DNA of 64,000 nt. Origin: Chrysomallon squamiferum. Its lineage: Eukaryota; Animalia; Mollusca. The first letter of the stretch is position 1, and every line of letters begins with the position of its first letter. A program made the position numbers and the translations under genes. This document shows, in pieces, positions 45,032 to 59,391 of this stretch. The stretch covers positions 17,360,001 to 17,424,000 of the forward strand of contig CM022676.1 of NCBI GenBank assembly GCA_012295275.1, given 5' to 3'. The notes under the pieces are model-generated. The model saw only the letters and a program-made list of their open reading frames with translations, did no database searches and had not been told where the DNA came from.

Positions 45032-47024
45032 TACATTCAAATAATTTCTTCACTCTCTGCCTACTTCAGAATGAAGCTTAGGTGGCCATATTTTCACCAC
45101 AAATATACATTAATATACAATAGAAGTATTAGTATTAGTAGTATTAGTAGTAGTAGTAATAATAATAATAGTAATAATAATAAAAATAATGATTTTTCCT
45201 CCTTCTATTCCGTTTTTCCTTTTTTTTTCCTTACTTTCTTTTTTCCCTCCTTTCATTCGTTCCTTCCTTCTTATTTAATTTTCGCTTTTATCTGTCACTC
45301 GTTCGAATCAGTATAAGAAAAGTAATTATTTCGAATTGGTTTAAGTGTTCCATTTCCTTCGTATAGAAATAGTACAAAGTACGTAGTACTCTGATTACTG
45401 TATTTATCTTCACACGAACTCTTATAATAGTCTGCTGTAGTAATGAGTGCACAGAAGATTAGTCAAAGTGTTGTAAATGTCATTGAGAACGTCTAGTGAG
45501 TTGCCACACTGCTCGAATGTGGTGCTCTCTCTAATATGGTGGAAATTAATGCTGAATCACGACCTCGAAAACCCATGATAAATTATCATTTTTTCATCTA
45601 AACGGTAAAGACTTACATTTTTGTGAATAATTGAATCCATTATAGTCAAATGTGTTTTGTTTATAAGACCGCCAACTAGACCTTGATCAGTGTGTATTAG
45701 TTGCTTCCTGATAAAGCGTGTTTTATATAATGCAGATCTGTTTTCCTGTAACTCATGAAGCAGGGATTAAAAAGAAATAAAAAATGTACACGGGTTTGGG
45801 TGTTCAGCTATTATTTTTCATTTATTGACTATATTTTCTATTTGAATTTTAAAATTAATTATTTTGTAAACAGAATCGGAATTGAAAATGTCTTACAATT
45901 ATCAGAATTTGTCATCAGTATTTCTTAATATGAATAAGTAATAATTTAAATGATATGGGTATTATTTTTAAATAAGAAATGATATCAATTTCACTAATGT
46001 TAGATGATATAAATTTGTTGAACTCATAAAATACAAATAAACGTTTAAATGTTTAATTAGGCTTAATAAACTTTTAGATCTCTAAAAATATGAGACGTAT
46101 TTCGTCAATTATCAAATTATCTTACAGAATCACGTTCCCATTCTCAAGAAACGTATTTCTACATAAATGAAGAGAATTTCTTTCGTTACAAATTTGTTCT
46201 TCTCGAGGAATTACGACCACCGCCAAGTACAGCAATAACCGTTATTGAGACGTGTTATGATTTACGATGAATAGATCTCTTTCTGTGTTTCGTCAACAGA
46301 AACACCTGTTAGTTGGATTCCTAAATACATTTGAATACAAAACATAATACAGCGGTCTTACACTTTCTGAGCAGACGGTTCCTAACAACAAAAAATAAGT
46401 TTTCAGTTCCAGCTAAACAACTCAGAGACAAGGAGATGTTTGACACAAGAAGACAGCCATTTTGAAAGTTGAAGGCATTTGAAGGTGTTTGATATGTTCT
46501 TAACATGTAATGCATTTCTGTTAGTTTGTTTAAAGTAATCAGCCACAATTAATCCTGTGAACTATTTAGCATTGCTATAGGTTACTGTGTGAAAGTTGTT
46601 AAATGAGTCGGTACAACGTAAACGATTATTTCAGTGTCGGTTTGTTCATCAATGTATAATTGTTTATTTGTCAGGAGCGGACGCAGTAGTTGTTGCAACA
46701 GTATTAGTAGTAGTAGTAGTGTTAAACTAATTCAATTATCGTCATCATCATCATCATCATCGTCATACTCTTCATCATCATTCTGACATAGTTCTATGGG
46801 CTAGCTGCATCTTATGCACATTTTTTCTATCTGTTTACTTTATTTAATTTGATTAGGTTTTATGTATTTATTTCATTTTATTTTATTTTACTTATTTATT
46901 TATATCTAATATCACTGATTTATAATAGAATCGTTAAATAGAATGTAATCGTTTCTAAGAAATTGTCAGTTTGACACCGATATATTTTTAAATTAATAGT
47001 TAAACTTGTTTTTCCTGTTTTTTC

Positions 47025-47084
<60 letters not shown>

Positions 47085-49098
47085 TTATTATTAACTTTTT
47101 ATAACACAGATATATACAATGCAATATAATAGGACTACATCAAAATGATTTAATCTAATTTAAGGAAAAATGCTTGTAAGATGAGTGTATATGTCTCGTA
47201 GCACGATTTCTTATTTTAATCTGAGATTCAAACCCAAAACAGTGACACTTGATGACGTAAATATGTATGACATAAGTCACGTGTTTCTCAGTGGAGGATT
47301 TTGAGAATTAAAAGTAAAAAAAGCAAAAGTAAAAAACGTCGGTCATATCGAAAATGGATGATATATTAGACTTTATTATGTTTTAACGATTCGACTGTTT
47401 TTAGTTTCATTACGTTTACTTATATCAGAGTTAGTTCTCTAACAAATTGATCATTATATCGTGAGGTGTTGTTTTCCAAATTGAGTTGAAAAACATTACG
47501 TACAGCCTGACTTGAAAATACATTATCCGATAACGAAATTATAGTTATCTTTCTGGTTTTTGGAACTTGTCTCATATACTTGTCTAATTTCCGATTTCTT
47601 TTTATTTGGTTTATTGGAATTAATTTGGTTGTCGTACATAAATGTAGATAATTTCGTATTTAATTAATGTTAGGAATATTTGTAGAAATGAAGGGGCAAT
47701 ATATTTACTTACTTTAGTGTACATACAGGTTGATTTCGAGATGTTAGACTGTACTACAGATACTTTCAAAAACTGCATGTTAATAATATAAAAAAGAAAT
47801 AGCTAGAAGCGGATTCTGCGAGTAGGTATAACTTAAATTGCAATCCGTGGCTTAGTAAATAAGTTAGGACCAATTTTCTAAATTAAAGAACCACAGAAAA
47901 CAGTAAATTTAAACCTCGATGAGAAATCCAGTCCTTATTAGGGTGTAGCCGAGGGCCCTACTGCGGTTTACCGTCATAATTGTATTATTTTATACTGTAT
48001 TTTATGTGGTGAAATAAAAACAATAAAAAATAAAAAGGAAGAAACAAAGGAAGAAACAAACAAACAAATACTATTAAATAAATAAAAGTTATAAGTGAAA
48101 TATAAATAAATAATTTAAAGAAAATAAACATCAAAATAACTAAATCAAAAGCTTAAATAACAAGTGATGAGTATAAATATTAATATTTGAACAATGCTTT
48201 TTAGTTTTCTTTCTTTGTTGTTTTTTCATGCTGTCTGTGTATATATATATGTACAACAAATAATCAACTTGGTGTTTCTCATTTCTGTGCTTAGGTCGCT
48301 TTGACTCATAACATGTACGAATAAAAGAGGGTCCTCTATCTTACGATTCACAATTACATTGCACTTTTCACGATCCTAGGTATAACGTTTCTTCTCTCCA
48401 GTACTATTAACACGCTATTTTTATCTGACCTAAACAACAGACAATTGTTAGCGATCACTTTTTCATGAAAATAACATGGGAAATAAACCTAGATAATTTA
48501 CAGGCAAAATAAATAATATATATAGTTAACAGGTTTCAAATGCAAGTTACATTATACGAGACACATTGTATGTAATAAAATATGTGCATTTATTTACCTC
48601 TAAATGTGGCGTGAAATCTGATTTCAGTCACGTGTTCACGAGCAGACGACATTGTAAACAGCGATACACAGAAGATATTTCAGTGACCTGTCAAACAGGA
48701 CGTTGTCAGTTCCAGGAAAACACTCACCAAGCAAGGACGTACTTTTGTTCGCAGGCGGACATTTTGAAATTTGAAGGTATTTTGCATTTTAAAGCAATTT
48801 AATATATGCTGTACTATTAGTACTTTTACTTAAATCAGACCAGACATATTGAATTAGGAATCTATTTTGTCAAAGCTATAATATATATATATTTTTTAAA
48901 GATAACACACTAGTTTATGAGAAATATCGAAGAATATTTAATAATAACAACACCAACATCAACAATAATAAGATAAAAAAAAATACTAGGAAGAAATACA
49001 AATAATAATGGTGTCGTCATTATACTAATAATTATTATTCTATTAGTAGTAGTAGTAGCAGTTGCAGTAGGAGTAGTTGTAATACTATCACCTAAATA

Positions 49099-49446
49099 CA
49101 GGTACCGGACCAATTATCGGGACTCCTTGGGTCCTGAGGCATTCCGAATTTCTGGATCTTCCGGTTTTCTCGTGCCAAGGCATTTAAATTCGTAAATATT
49201 TAGGCATAAACATTTTACAATTTAAAAATATAATAATAAATAAAGAAAATTGACGACACACAACTGTGGCGACTCGACACGTAAACAATGCGGCGAGTGA
49301 ATGAACAGCACGCGGCTTCAACGAGCAGTTACGGTCTGGTGAGGACAAAACCGATGCGCGCAAAGTATGAAAATTGCGTCGGGAAAAGTTCTGGTTTTCT
49401 GGTCTTTCGGTATTTCAGGACGCCGGATAATTGGTTCCTCTATCTG
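49099..49446. mobile_element. MITE, possibly Tc1/pogo (Tigger)-like
   Basis: GC-richer ~350 bp island. CAGGTACCGGACCAATTATCGG versus reverse complement CAGATAGAGGAACCAATTATCCGG; TA on the left flank, AA on the right. Confidence 0.55.
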
Positions 49447-49511
49447 AAGAGATCAGTTAATCGTTTATAGTTTATGCTGTATCTGGTTACTTCGTTTCAC
49501 TTTATATCATT

Positions 49512-49570
<59 letters not shown>

Positions 49571-50427
49571 TAGATCCCTGATCTCTGTAATCAATAGTAG
49601 AGTTAAAAAGAAATTACTCGTTTCTAAGAAATTATCGATCAGAAATTTTTTCAGGTAAATATGTGTTTTGAAACTACAATGTATTTTATATTATGTTAAT
49701 TTAATTTATTATTATTATTACTATTATTATTATTGATATACTGCTATTGATATACATATAATAAACAGTATTACAGCGTGAGGCTTTTCAAAGATATGGA
49801 ACGTGCCAATAGAAGATGTGATAATATTATCTTATATAATAGTATTGTTTTCTCTTTACGAGTTTGTTAGTTTGTTCTGTTTATTGGAAATAATTGGGTG
49901 GTCTATATCTTCTTCCTTGAAATAATGACAAATGGAAATAATTTCATATTTTCACGGTTTATTTCTACACTTATGGGCAGAGAGTTTGTTAACAATGAAT
50001 TTGTCAGATCGTTGTAAATAACAGCCGAGTATACCTTTGTGTTTCTCATATAGCTGTTGACACCCTATTTTTATTTTAGCTACATTACAAACAAACGTCA
50101 CGTGTTAGCTTAACTTGATATACTGGTCATGCAAGCATCGTCAGAGAAATAAAATAGGTACACGTATATTTAGTGCACTGTAAAATTTATTTCTTCTTAT
50201 TGTTGATGTTGCTCTTGTTTATATTATTATTATTATTATTAATATTATGATTATTATACAGATTTTATAACTTACCTATAAACAATGCAATCTAATAGTA
50301 CTTAATCTATTCAATTGTTGTAATCAATTTAAAAAAAAAGATTTATGTAAGATGAGTATACATATATCTCGTATCACGATTTCTTTATTTTATTCTGACA
50401 TTGAAACCTAACAACGTGACACTTGAT

Positions 50428-50649
50428 CAGTGTCGTGTGGAGGTCTGGTGAAGCCCGGGGCCAACTCCTTGATTGTAATTCCCAAAGATTCAAGTACAAG
50501 GCCTAGTACTGAGGAATAGTATGAGAAAGGAAGATATTTTGAATATGTAAACACAGATGAAACATAAAATAAACACTTTATTCGATTTAAATATAAATCT
50601 GGACGCCCGGTGCCAGAGCCCCTTCGGCCCTCACCTCTGCACGCCACTG
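50428..50649. mobile_element. 222 bp hAT-type MITE with 8-bp target-site duplication
   Basis: TSD CACTTGAT at 50420-50427 and 50650-50657. TIRs CAGTGTCGTGTGGAGG / CCTCTGCACGCCACTG. Empty site gtgacacttgatgacgt seen in paralogous modules near 47243 and 56166. Confidence 0.88.
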
Positions 50650-52182
50650 CACTTGATAACGTGTACATTATCTGACGTCACTCGTGTGTTTATCAGTGAA
50701 GGATTTTGAGAACCAAAAGTACACAAAGCAGAAATAAAACAAGTCGGCCATATTGAAAGTCTATGATATTTTTATTTTATTATGTTTTAACTATTCCGGT
50801 GTTCTTAATTTATTACTAAATATATCAGACTTTGTTCTCTAACAAATAGATTATTTAAGTGTGCGATTTTTTAAATTGAAATGAAACAAGGTTACGTACA
50901 TACTGACTTTAGTACTATTAATATTAATAGTAGTAGCAGTAATACCTTTAATACTTGTACTACTACTACTGTTACTACCTTATTAGAGTCCTCATTTTTT
51001 ATTGACTTCTTTTGCTATTTATTGCTTACTTTATTTCATTTTGTTTTATTTTATTTTAATTTTAATTCATTTATTCTTAAATCGGTGATAGCGGTGATCT
51101 ACAGTTGAGTCGACAGACCGAAAATAGTCGCTGAAATAAATTGTCCATCCGAAACTTCAAATTAGTAGGTATTTTAAATTGTTTTCTATTTTGAAAATAT
51201 CGGATCTTGTTTGTTGTTTTTGTTTTTTTTGGTTCACTTTATTATTATTTTTCTTCTTTAGTATTTCTTTTTAGATATGTCACTGACGGATAATTTTGCT
51301 AACTTTTCGAGAAGTAAATTTTTATAAATGACCACAAGTAGATTGCGATATGAAAACCGTTTCTCCCACAGTGAAATATTTCTTACCTGACTGACCACAC
51401 ACCTCTGTTTATAATAATAATGATAATAAAAATAATTCTTTCTGTCTCCATCATCATCATAGTAATCATTACCATCAGCACAAGATATTTCTTTTTTATC
51501 CTTTTTCTATCCGATGTTTCTCTTTCTTCCCTTGTCTTTTATTAATTAATTAATTAATTTATTTAGTCAGTTACTTAGTTATTGATTGCATATATATATA
51601 TATAACTAAGTTTTAATGAAACAAAATAATGTTTATAAAAGAAATTGTTCAAGTTAATATTAAATAATTAATATATGGCAACCAGAATATTTTAAATGAA
51701 TAAACTGAAAATGTATAGTTTAGTTTGCTTATTGAAAAATTAGCCTTGATCATTAAAGTTATTAATAACTAGTCAGTAAGAAAAATAAAAACAAACATTA
51801 TCTACATTTAGTACCTAAAATAAACATTTGAAATACCTGACATTAAAGTTAAATTATGCAAATAATCATTTTAACTGTGAAATAATAATAAAATAATGAA
51901 TAATTACTCCAACCCCCACAAAAAATATATATATCGCATTAAATAAGAAGTTATCTCCCCTTAGACCAGCTTCATAAATTAGTACATGTAACATGTGAAT
52001 ACATTTATTCAATAAAAATTAACGCAGTAAATACATTAGAAATATAATGACTGGATTATAATGTTGAGTATTGATAACTATTGTTAATCAGTTAAGAAAT
52101 TTTAAAAACAAAGTGGAAAATACCCATTAATAATAAAATGATGATTTACAGTTTTCAATCTGTTCTGGTATCTTACCTACGT

Positions 52183-52251
<69 letters not shown>

Positions 52252-53836
52252 TATAATAATAATAACAATAATAATCTATTTTGATAAAATATTAATTTTG
52301 ATAAATAATGATAACATTTCTACATATTCATGATATTGTAAAATAAATAATAATAAAATATAGCATAATACATTTAATGTTGTTAATTGCTAAGCAGTTA
52401 AATCATAATGCAAACACCAACAACTAACCTTAAATGGATTCCAAGATATTCTGAACATGTGTTATCACATGGATAAGAATATTCTTGCAATATAAACAAT
52501 GAAATAACTAGACGTGAAGGAAACTGAAATGTTTGGGGGAAAATATGTATATGAAATGTAACTATGTGACATCTATTTAGGGACTGAAAAAAGATTTATT
52601 CTATTTTTCTATTTTATTTTTGCCATTATGTAATCATCCATGTTTCTTACTCTAATATTTATATGACAAGTATTAAATATTAGAAATGTGCAGGACATAT
52701 TTGTAACATTTTTAATATTATCAGTGTTTTTTGTGCTTGTTTATTTTATTTTATTATTATTTTTTTTTTTTTTATTGTTATTATTTTTTTTTTTCTTGTT
52801 GATGCGTTGTTGCTGTTGTTGTTTTTTTGTTGTTTTTTCGGATAATGTAGACACTGCTGTATTTTAAAACATTCATTTTCTTTTACATTTTTATTTATTT
52901 TGCATTAGCATGTATTAGTTGTGTTATTTATTACACTGTATGTTTTCTGGTGTGTATAATAAAGAAAGAAAGAAAGAACGAAAAATAGAAATAGATAAAT
53001 AAAAAGAAATAACTGAAGCAGATAAATAATTAATCATTTAAAACAAAACTACTACAATGATCAGGATAAGTATTAGGATTTGAACGTTTTTGTTGTGTGT
53101 GTGTGTGTGTGTATGTGTGTGTGTGTGTATTAACAATAATAAAGGTGATATTTGTCACATCGGTAGTTGGTTCGCTTTGACTCAGAATATGTGCAAATAA
53201 AAGAGTGCCCCACATTCACAATTACACCTCATTTTACACGATCCGAGGTATACATTTTTTTTATCGCCAATAGTATTAACACACTAATTTTGTCTGACCT
53301 AAATACAGACACTTCTTATCGATACGTTTTTCATCAGTATACTCTGTGAGAAATGTATATAAATATTTCACAGACAAAATAAGTAAAGACAAATAATATA
53401 ACTCTTTGTTTCTGTACATTACTCTGTGAGATTATACGTAAGAAAAGTTGTGCATGCATCTACCGTAATTCGCATTTCGTGTTGCAGAACATCAGATTTC
53501 AGTCACGTATTTATCCTCAGACACGTTTATTAAGAGCGACACACAGAAATTATTTCAGTGACGTGTTGTCAGCTGTAGTAAAACCACTCACAAACAAGGA
53601 CGTATTTTGTGTAAACAGACAGCCGTTTTGAGATTTGAAGGTAGTTTGCATTGCATTGTGACTTAATGTATACCGTGCTATTATTTTCTTAAAATAAATC
53701 AGCAGTATTGAAGATGTAATATGTTTCATTTAATATTTATTTATTTTTAGAGTCTCACTTCAGTGATCTACAGAAAAACCGTCAAACAGAAATTCTCACC
53801 AGGAAGGTAGGAAGCATTATTGGTCTCTCTCTCTCA

Positions 53837-53976
<140 letters not shown>

Positions 53977-54938
53977 AGATGTAGAGTTCGGATTCAAGTA
54001 AGTAATATCAGAAAGGTTGTTGTATTTAGAGATAATTGAGGTTTGGTATTAGTGTCGGTTTAAGATTAAATTTAACGTTAAGATTGCTAATTCCTGTAAA
54101 CATTTTCATGTAAAAATAGTGTCCTGTATAAATAATATCCTGTTTAAAGAATATCCTGAATAAACACTATCCTTTACGAGTCATCAGTCTGTTAACGTGA
54201 AAAAACCTGTTTTTAAACAACATTACAACTAACCAAACACCCTTTTCTGCCAACCTCCTACAACCCTCTTTGTGTCCGCCTTGACATATTTTCTACACCA
54301 TTTATGTCCACGCTGTAGCGCTCTCTTTATCTGTATTGTCAATAAGTATCTTAATACTGAACCACACTCTGTGAAAAACAGTATTATGAATGAAAGTGTC
54401 CTAAAGGCTTGTATGAATCATACAAGTTAGAAATTCGCAGATATTTTTTTTATAAATTTTATCGTTTATATCGTGATTGCTTTTCATTAGTCTTTACCAG
54501 TGCACGGTTTCTAGTCGTAATTTGTTTATATATGAAACTTGTTAATAATAATAAAATCTAAACAAATTATAAAGAAACAAAAATAGTTTAATGCTTAAAG
54601 AGAGCCAATGGTTGATACATATTATCCTGTTCATCCAGTTGTCTATATAAAATACCACTTCCTGAGTAGACTTGATGTGGCGACTGCAGATTTACTTTCA
54701 TTTTATTTCAGCAGTCCTTAACAGCAAGTTTCACACACCCACAAATCAGTTAACAAAATGTGTTTACAGTGTCGTTAATTATTCTACCCTTCCTTCTTTC
54801 ATTTATTTTTTATTTTTGTTATTTCTTCATTTTTCTCTTTCGTTAAACTTAGCTTTCGTATTGGTCTATCATCCGTTCCAACCAGTGTATAAAATGTTAT
54901 TGCATTTGCGTTCATCTACAATGGCAGACATAAAAACA

Positions 54939-55208
54939 TTATCGCTGTTATAGTTGTAGATGTGACAGGCAAACTGATCATTATAGTGCGATATGTTTAC
55001 AAGACACTTAAAAGTATAACGTAGACCCGGACTTGAAAAGTATATTGTCCGACAACGTAGTGTTACTTACCACCAACTGTATGGAACGAGCCAATACAAC
55101 TGTAATAATAATATTAGCTCGTAGAATTGTATTGTTTTTAATTTAAGAGTCTGTTTGTTGGTAGTATTTTTGTTGTTATTGTGTTTGTCTTTATCGTCGT
55201 TATTGAAA
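54939..55208. other. ~270 bp arm-specific insertion of unknown class
   Basis: The left arm is contiguous at ~16415-16420, whereas the right arm has extra sequence between ggcagacataaaaaca and ctatgtatcttctcac. Confidence 0.7.
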
Positions 55209-57447
55209 CTATGTATCTTCTCACAGTTTAAATAATTTCACACGTTTTCTATTTATTTCTACACTTATGCGCAGACACTGTTTTAACAATGAATTTGTCA
55301 GATCGTTGTAAATGACACCCAGCTACAGCTTTGTTCTCGTGTGATAAACTGTTTTTATCTGACCTACATAAGAAACAAACAATCACGTGTTAGCTGTATC
55401 TTGATAGACTGGTCACGTGAGTATATATATATATATATAATGTGTAATGATATTAGCGCTACTAATAATGATAGCAGTAGGTTTAATAGTAGAAGTTTCA
55501 GTAGTAGAAGTGACTGCGGCAGTAGTTGTAGTAGTAGCATAGGAATATCAGCCGTTGTTGTTAGAATATTATTAGTAGTAGTCAAACTAAATCCATTATT
55601 GTTGTTGTTGTTGTTGTCGTCATGATCAGTATTATTATAATCGTCATGATTTTAATATAAGTTATATGAAATATGTATAGCTAATGCCATAATTTTATCC
55701 ATCTTATTACTTTATTTAATTTAATTTATTTCTTTATATATTCATTTTATTTTATTTTATTTTATTTTATCAAGTTATTTATTTATTTATTTATTTATTT
55801 ATATCTGATCTTATTGATAAATAGTAGAATAGTTAAACAGAACGTACTCGCTTCTAACAAATTACCGATCATAGCTGGCACCGATATAGTTCTAAACTAA
55901 TAGTTACACCTATTTCTCCTTTTTATTTTGAATCATTATTATTATTACTATTATTATTATTAATAATGTTGTTTGTGCTGCTTCTGCTGCTGCTGCTGCT
56001 GTTATTATTATTATATACATTTTATAACATAAATAAAAACAATGCAAAGTAATAGAACTACATTAAATCAATATAATGTACTTTAAGGAAAAATATGTGT
56101 AAGATGAGTGTACATGTCTAGTAGCAAGAATTGTTTATTTTAATCTGACATTCAAACCTGAGAAGTGACACTTGATGACGTAGAGATGTTTAACGTCAGT
56201 CAACGTGTTTGTCAGTGGCGGATTCTGATAGCTAAAAGTAAACAAAACAGAAGTGAAACAAGTCGGCCATATTGAAAGCGGATGATATATTATATTGTAT
56301 TGACTTTTAACGATTCGAGTATTCTTAGTTTGATTATTTTTAGATATATCAGAGTTAGTTCTCTGACAAATAGGTCGTTATAGTGTGAGGTGTTCTTTTA
56401 TTTTCACATGAAAAACGTTACGTAAAGCCTGACTTGAAAATACGTTGTCAGCGAAATTTTATTTACAATTCTCGTATATGGATGTTACGGATGAAAAATC
56501 TAATAATAATATTATCTCATATACTGTATTAGTTTCGATTTCTTTTTTATTTGTTTTATTGAAACTAATTCGGTTTTTCTTGTTGTTGTGTTTGTATGTA
56601 GCGTCGTTATTGAAATGATTTATCTTCACACAATGTAGACAAGTGCTTATTTATTTTATTTTCTGCATTTATGTGCACAATGTATTAACGGTGAATTCAT
56701 CACATCGTCCTAAATACCACAAGCACATACAAATTTTAACCGGGCTTTTAGTATGTTTTTATATGTATTATTATTAGTAGTACCCTATTACAGCTTTTAT
56801 TTAATAAGTTATTAATTATTCACTTTTTTTATCTATATATTAGCTATTTTATTTTTACATCGGTTATACCTGCGCTCTATTCTAGAGGTTATAAACAAAG
56901 TAGTCGTTTGTCAGAAATTATCGATGAGAAAGTTTTAACGTAGGTAGCCATATTGAAATTACAAAGTATTTTATATTGTTTCCACTTTGAAAACATCGCA
57001 TCTTGTACCTTTATTTTTCTTATTTTCTTTCCCTTTTCTTACATGTTTCTTTTTAGATCTGTCACTGACGGATAATTTTGCTGACTTTTCGAGAAGTAAA
57101 TTGGTATAAATGACCACAAGTACATTGAGAAAATCTATTCTCCCACAGTGAATATTTCTTACCTGACTGACCACACACTTCTGTTTATAATAATAATGAT
57201 AACAAAAATTATTCTTTCTGTCTTCGTGATCATCATAGTGATCATTACCATCAGCACAAGGTATTTCTTTTTTATCCTTTTTCTATCGGATGTTTTTCTT
57301 TCTTTCCTTATCTTTTATTAATTAATTAATTAATTTATTTGTTTAGTTAGTTAGTTATTGATTTATTTTTAGATCTCTGATCTAAGTGTTCAGCAGCAGA
57401 TGCGTTAAACAGAAAGTACTCGGGTTTTAGAAATTATCTTGGTTTGA

Positions 57448-57490
<43 letters not shown>

Positions 57491-57562
57491 TCGGTTTTGG
57501 AATATGTCCGTCTACACGTCATATGTACATGGAAATATTTGTAAATTACATTTAGTATGACG

Positions 57563-57626
<64 letters not shown>

Positions 57627-57776
57627 GAGTGAGTTATCGATTTTATAGTTTTATTTGATATTTTATTTTCTGACTACTTTTTGTTTATTTTCATTATTTT
57701 AATTTAATTTGACTTTTTTATATTTTTTTATTTCTTATTTATTTATTTATTTTCATAGGAATTCTTGTTGTTGTTG

Positions 57777-57807
<31 letters not shown>

Positions 57808-57860
57808 GATTATTATTATTATTATTTTTACTGTTATTATCCTTTGTTTGTAGTGAAAAC

Positions 57861-59391
57861 ATGTCCACCTCATGCACAATCTCAAGTTGGCAGAAAGGGA
57901 AGAATCTCATACAATGCCTTGAACACGTTTTCCTTACAAGAACTGACACGGACGTCAGATTTCTTGTTGGGGAACATAGAACGCCTATCGATGCTCACCG
58001 TTTCATTTTGGTTATTCGAAGCCAAGTTTTTCATCAGATGATGACTGGAAAACTTCGCAAAAAAACCAGTATCAAAATACCGGATGTGCAGGCAGAAATT
58101 TTCTCAGAGTTTTTAAAGTATGTTAAAACACACACAGACACACACACACACACACACACAAACATACACAGACATGGAAACACATGTATGAAGACAGTGA
58201 GGAATAGAGACATACATACAGACAGAAACGTTGCTAACAATACAGTTTTTGTTAGTAATCTAATTATTTTCTAATTAATTAATCTCACATAATTATCTCA
58301 CATTTTGAAGTCTTAATCTACTTCTTTTACACAGATATCTTTATACGGATGACGTCGTCCTAAGAGGCGACAACGTCATCGGTCTGCTGTATCTATCGAG
58401 GAAGTACATCGTCACGACACTGGAAGAACAGTGCGTAAACTATTTGGAGTCGTCGTTGTCGTCACGGAATGCGTGCGACGTCCTGGAACAAGCTTACCTG
58501 TTTCATGAACATGATCTAAGGAAAAAAACTATGGAGTTCATTTTGAAAAATGGCGACGAAGTTCTGAAGTCAGAGGAAGTCACCAATCTTCGTCACGAAT
58601 ATCTGCTTGAGATCGTACGATCAGAGGAACTGATAGCAGAAGAGAAAAATGTTTTTGAAGCTGCTGTGAAGTGGGCTGACAGCGTGTGCAGGAAGCAAGG
58701 AAGACAGACGAATGGACAGAACATGCGCAATGCACTTGGAGAGGTCGTGAAGCACGTGCGTTTTCCATTACTCGATCAGACGTATTTTGTAAAACACGTG
58801 ACACCCACTCACATACTCACTGAGACAGAAGAAAACAAGATTTTGAAACACTTGGTGAGCAGTGATGATGATGTTTCACCTTTTAACTCAAACAAGAGAA
58901 CTGCAATGATTCCTAAAACACAGATTACAATAAACAGATTTGGTTTCACATGTCTTCTTCAGTGGTCATGTTCTGGTGAAGTAGATGACGCCATTACTTT
59001 CTCTGTCAACAAAAACGCTTTTCTTCGCGGATTTCAGTTGTATGGTCACCGTCAACCACACAACTACGACGTCAGCGCCTTCATCACTGACACAAGAACA
59101 GACGAAATACTGGACGGGTCTACACTGACACAGAGATATAAACACGTCGTGTCTGACGTGTATGACGTCGTGTTCAGTCGTCCAGTGAAGATTACTAAAG
59201 ACACTGAGTACAGCTTGTTTGTTAATGTTAAGGGAGAAGACTCATGGTGTGGAGGTTTTGGTGAATCAGAAATTGTTGTAGACTCTTTTGTTTGTAGATT
59301 TTCTGAGTCACACAAATCTAAACACAGTCACAGACGACTTCGTACACGTGTGACAGACGGACAAATAGCTGCTTTGTTATTTTTAGTGTAA
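57861..59391 (+). CDS. BTB/POZ-BACK-PHR protein, BTBD1/2/3/6-like Cullin-3 adaptor, copy D (intact, 437 aa, 2 coding exons)
   Basis: Exon 1 57861-58117, intron 58118-58334 (GTATGT..ttttacacAG), exon 2 58335-59391. The spliced frame gives FLKYLYTDDVVL. A likely 5' UTR acceptor (tttgtttgtag) lies 7 nt before the ATG. Mirror of copy A. Confidence 0.92.

Larger units (their letters stand above)
46725..51793 (+). other. ~5 kb block absent from the left arm, made of diverged BTB-gene upstream modules without coding sequence
   Basis: Left 19665/19666 is contiguous while its mirror flanks are at 51794 and 46724. Internal similarity to 55590-56580, 53165-53720, 55245-55420, 57050-57360 and (reverse) 33000-33400. 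Confidence 0.8.
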
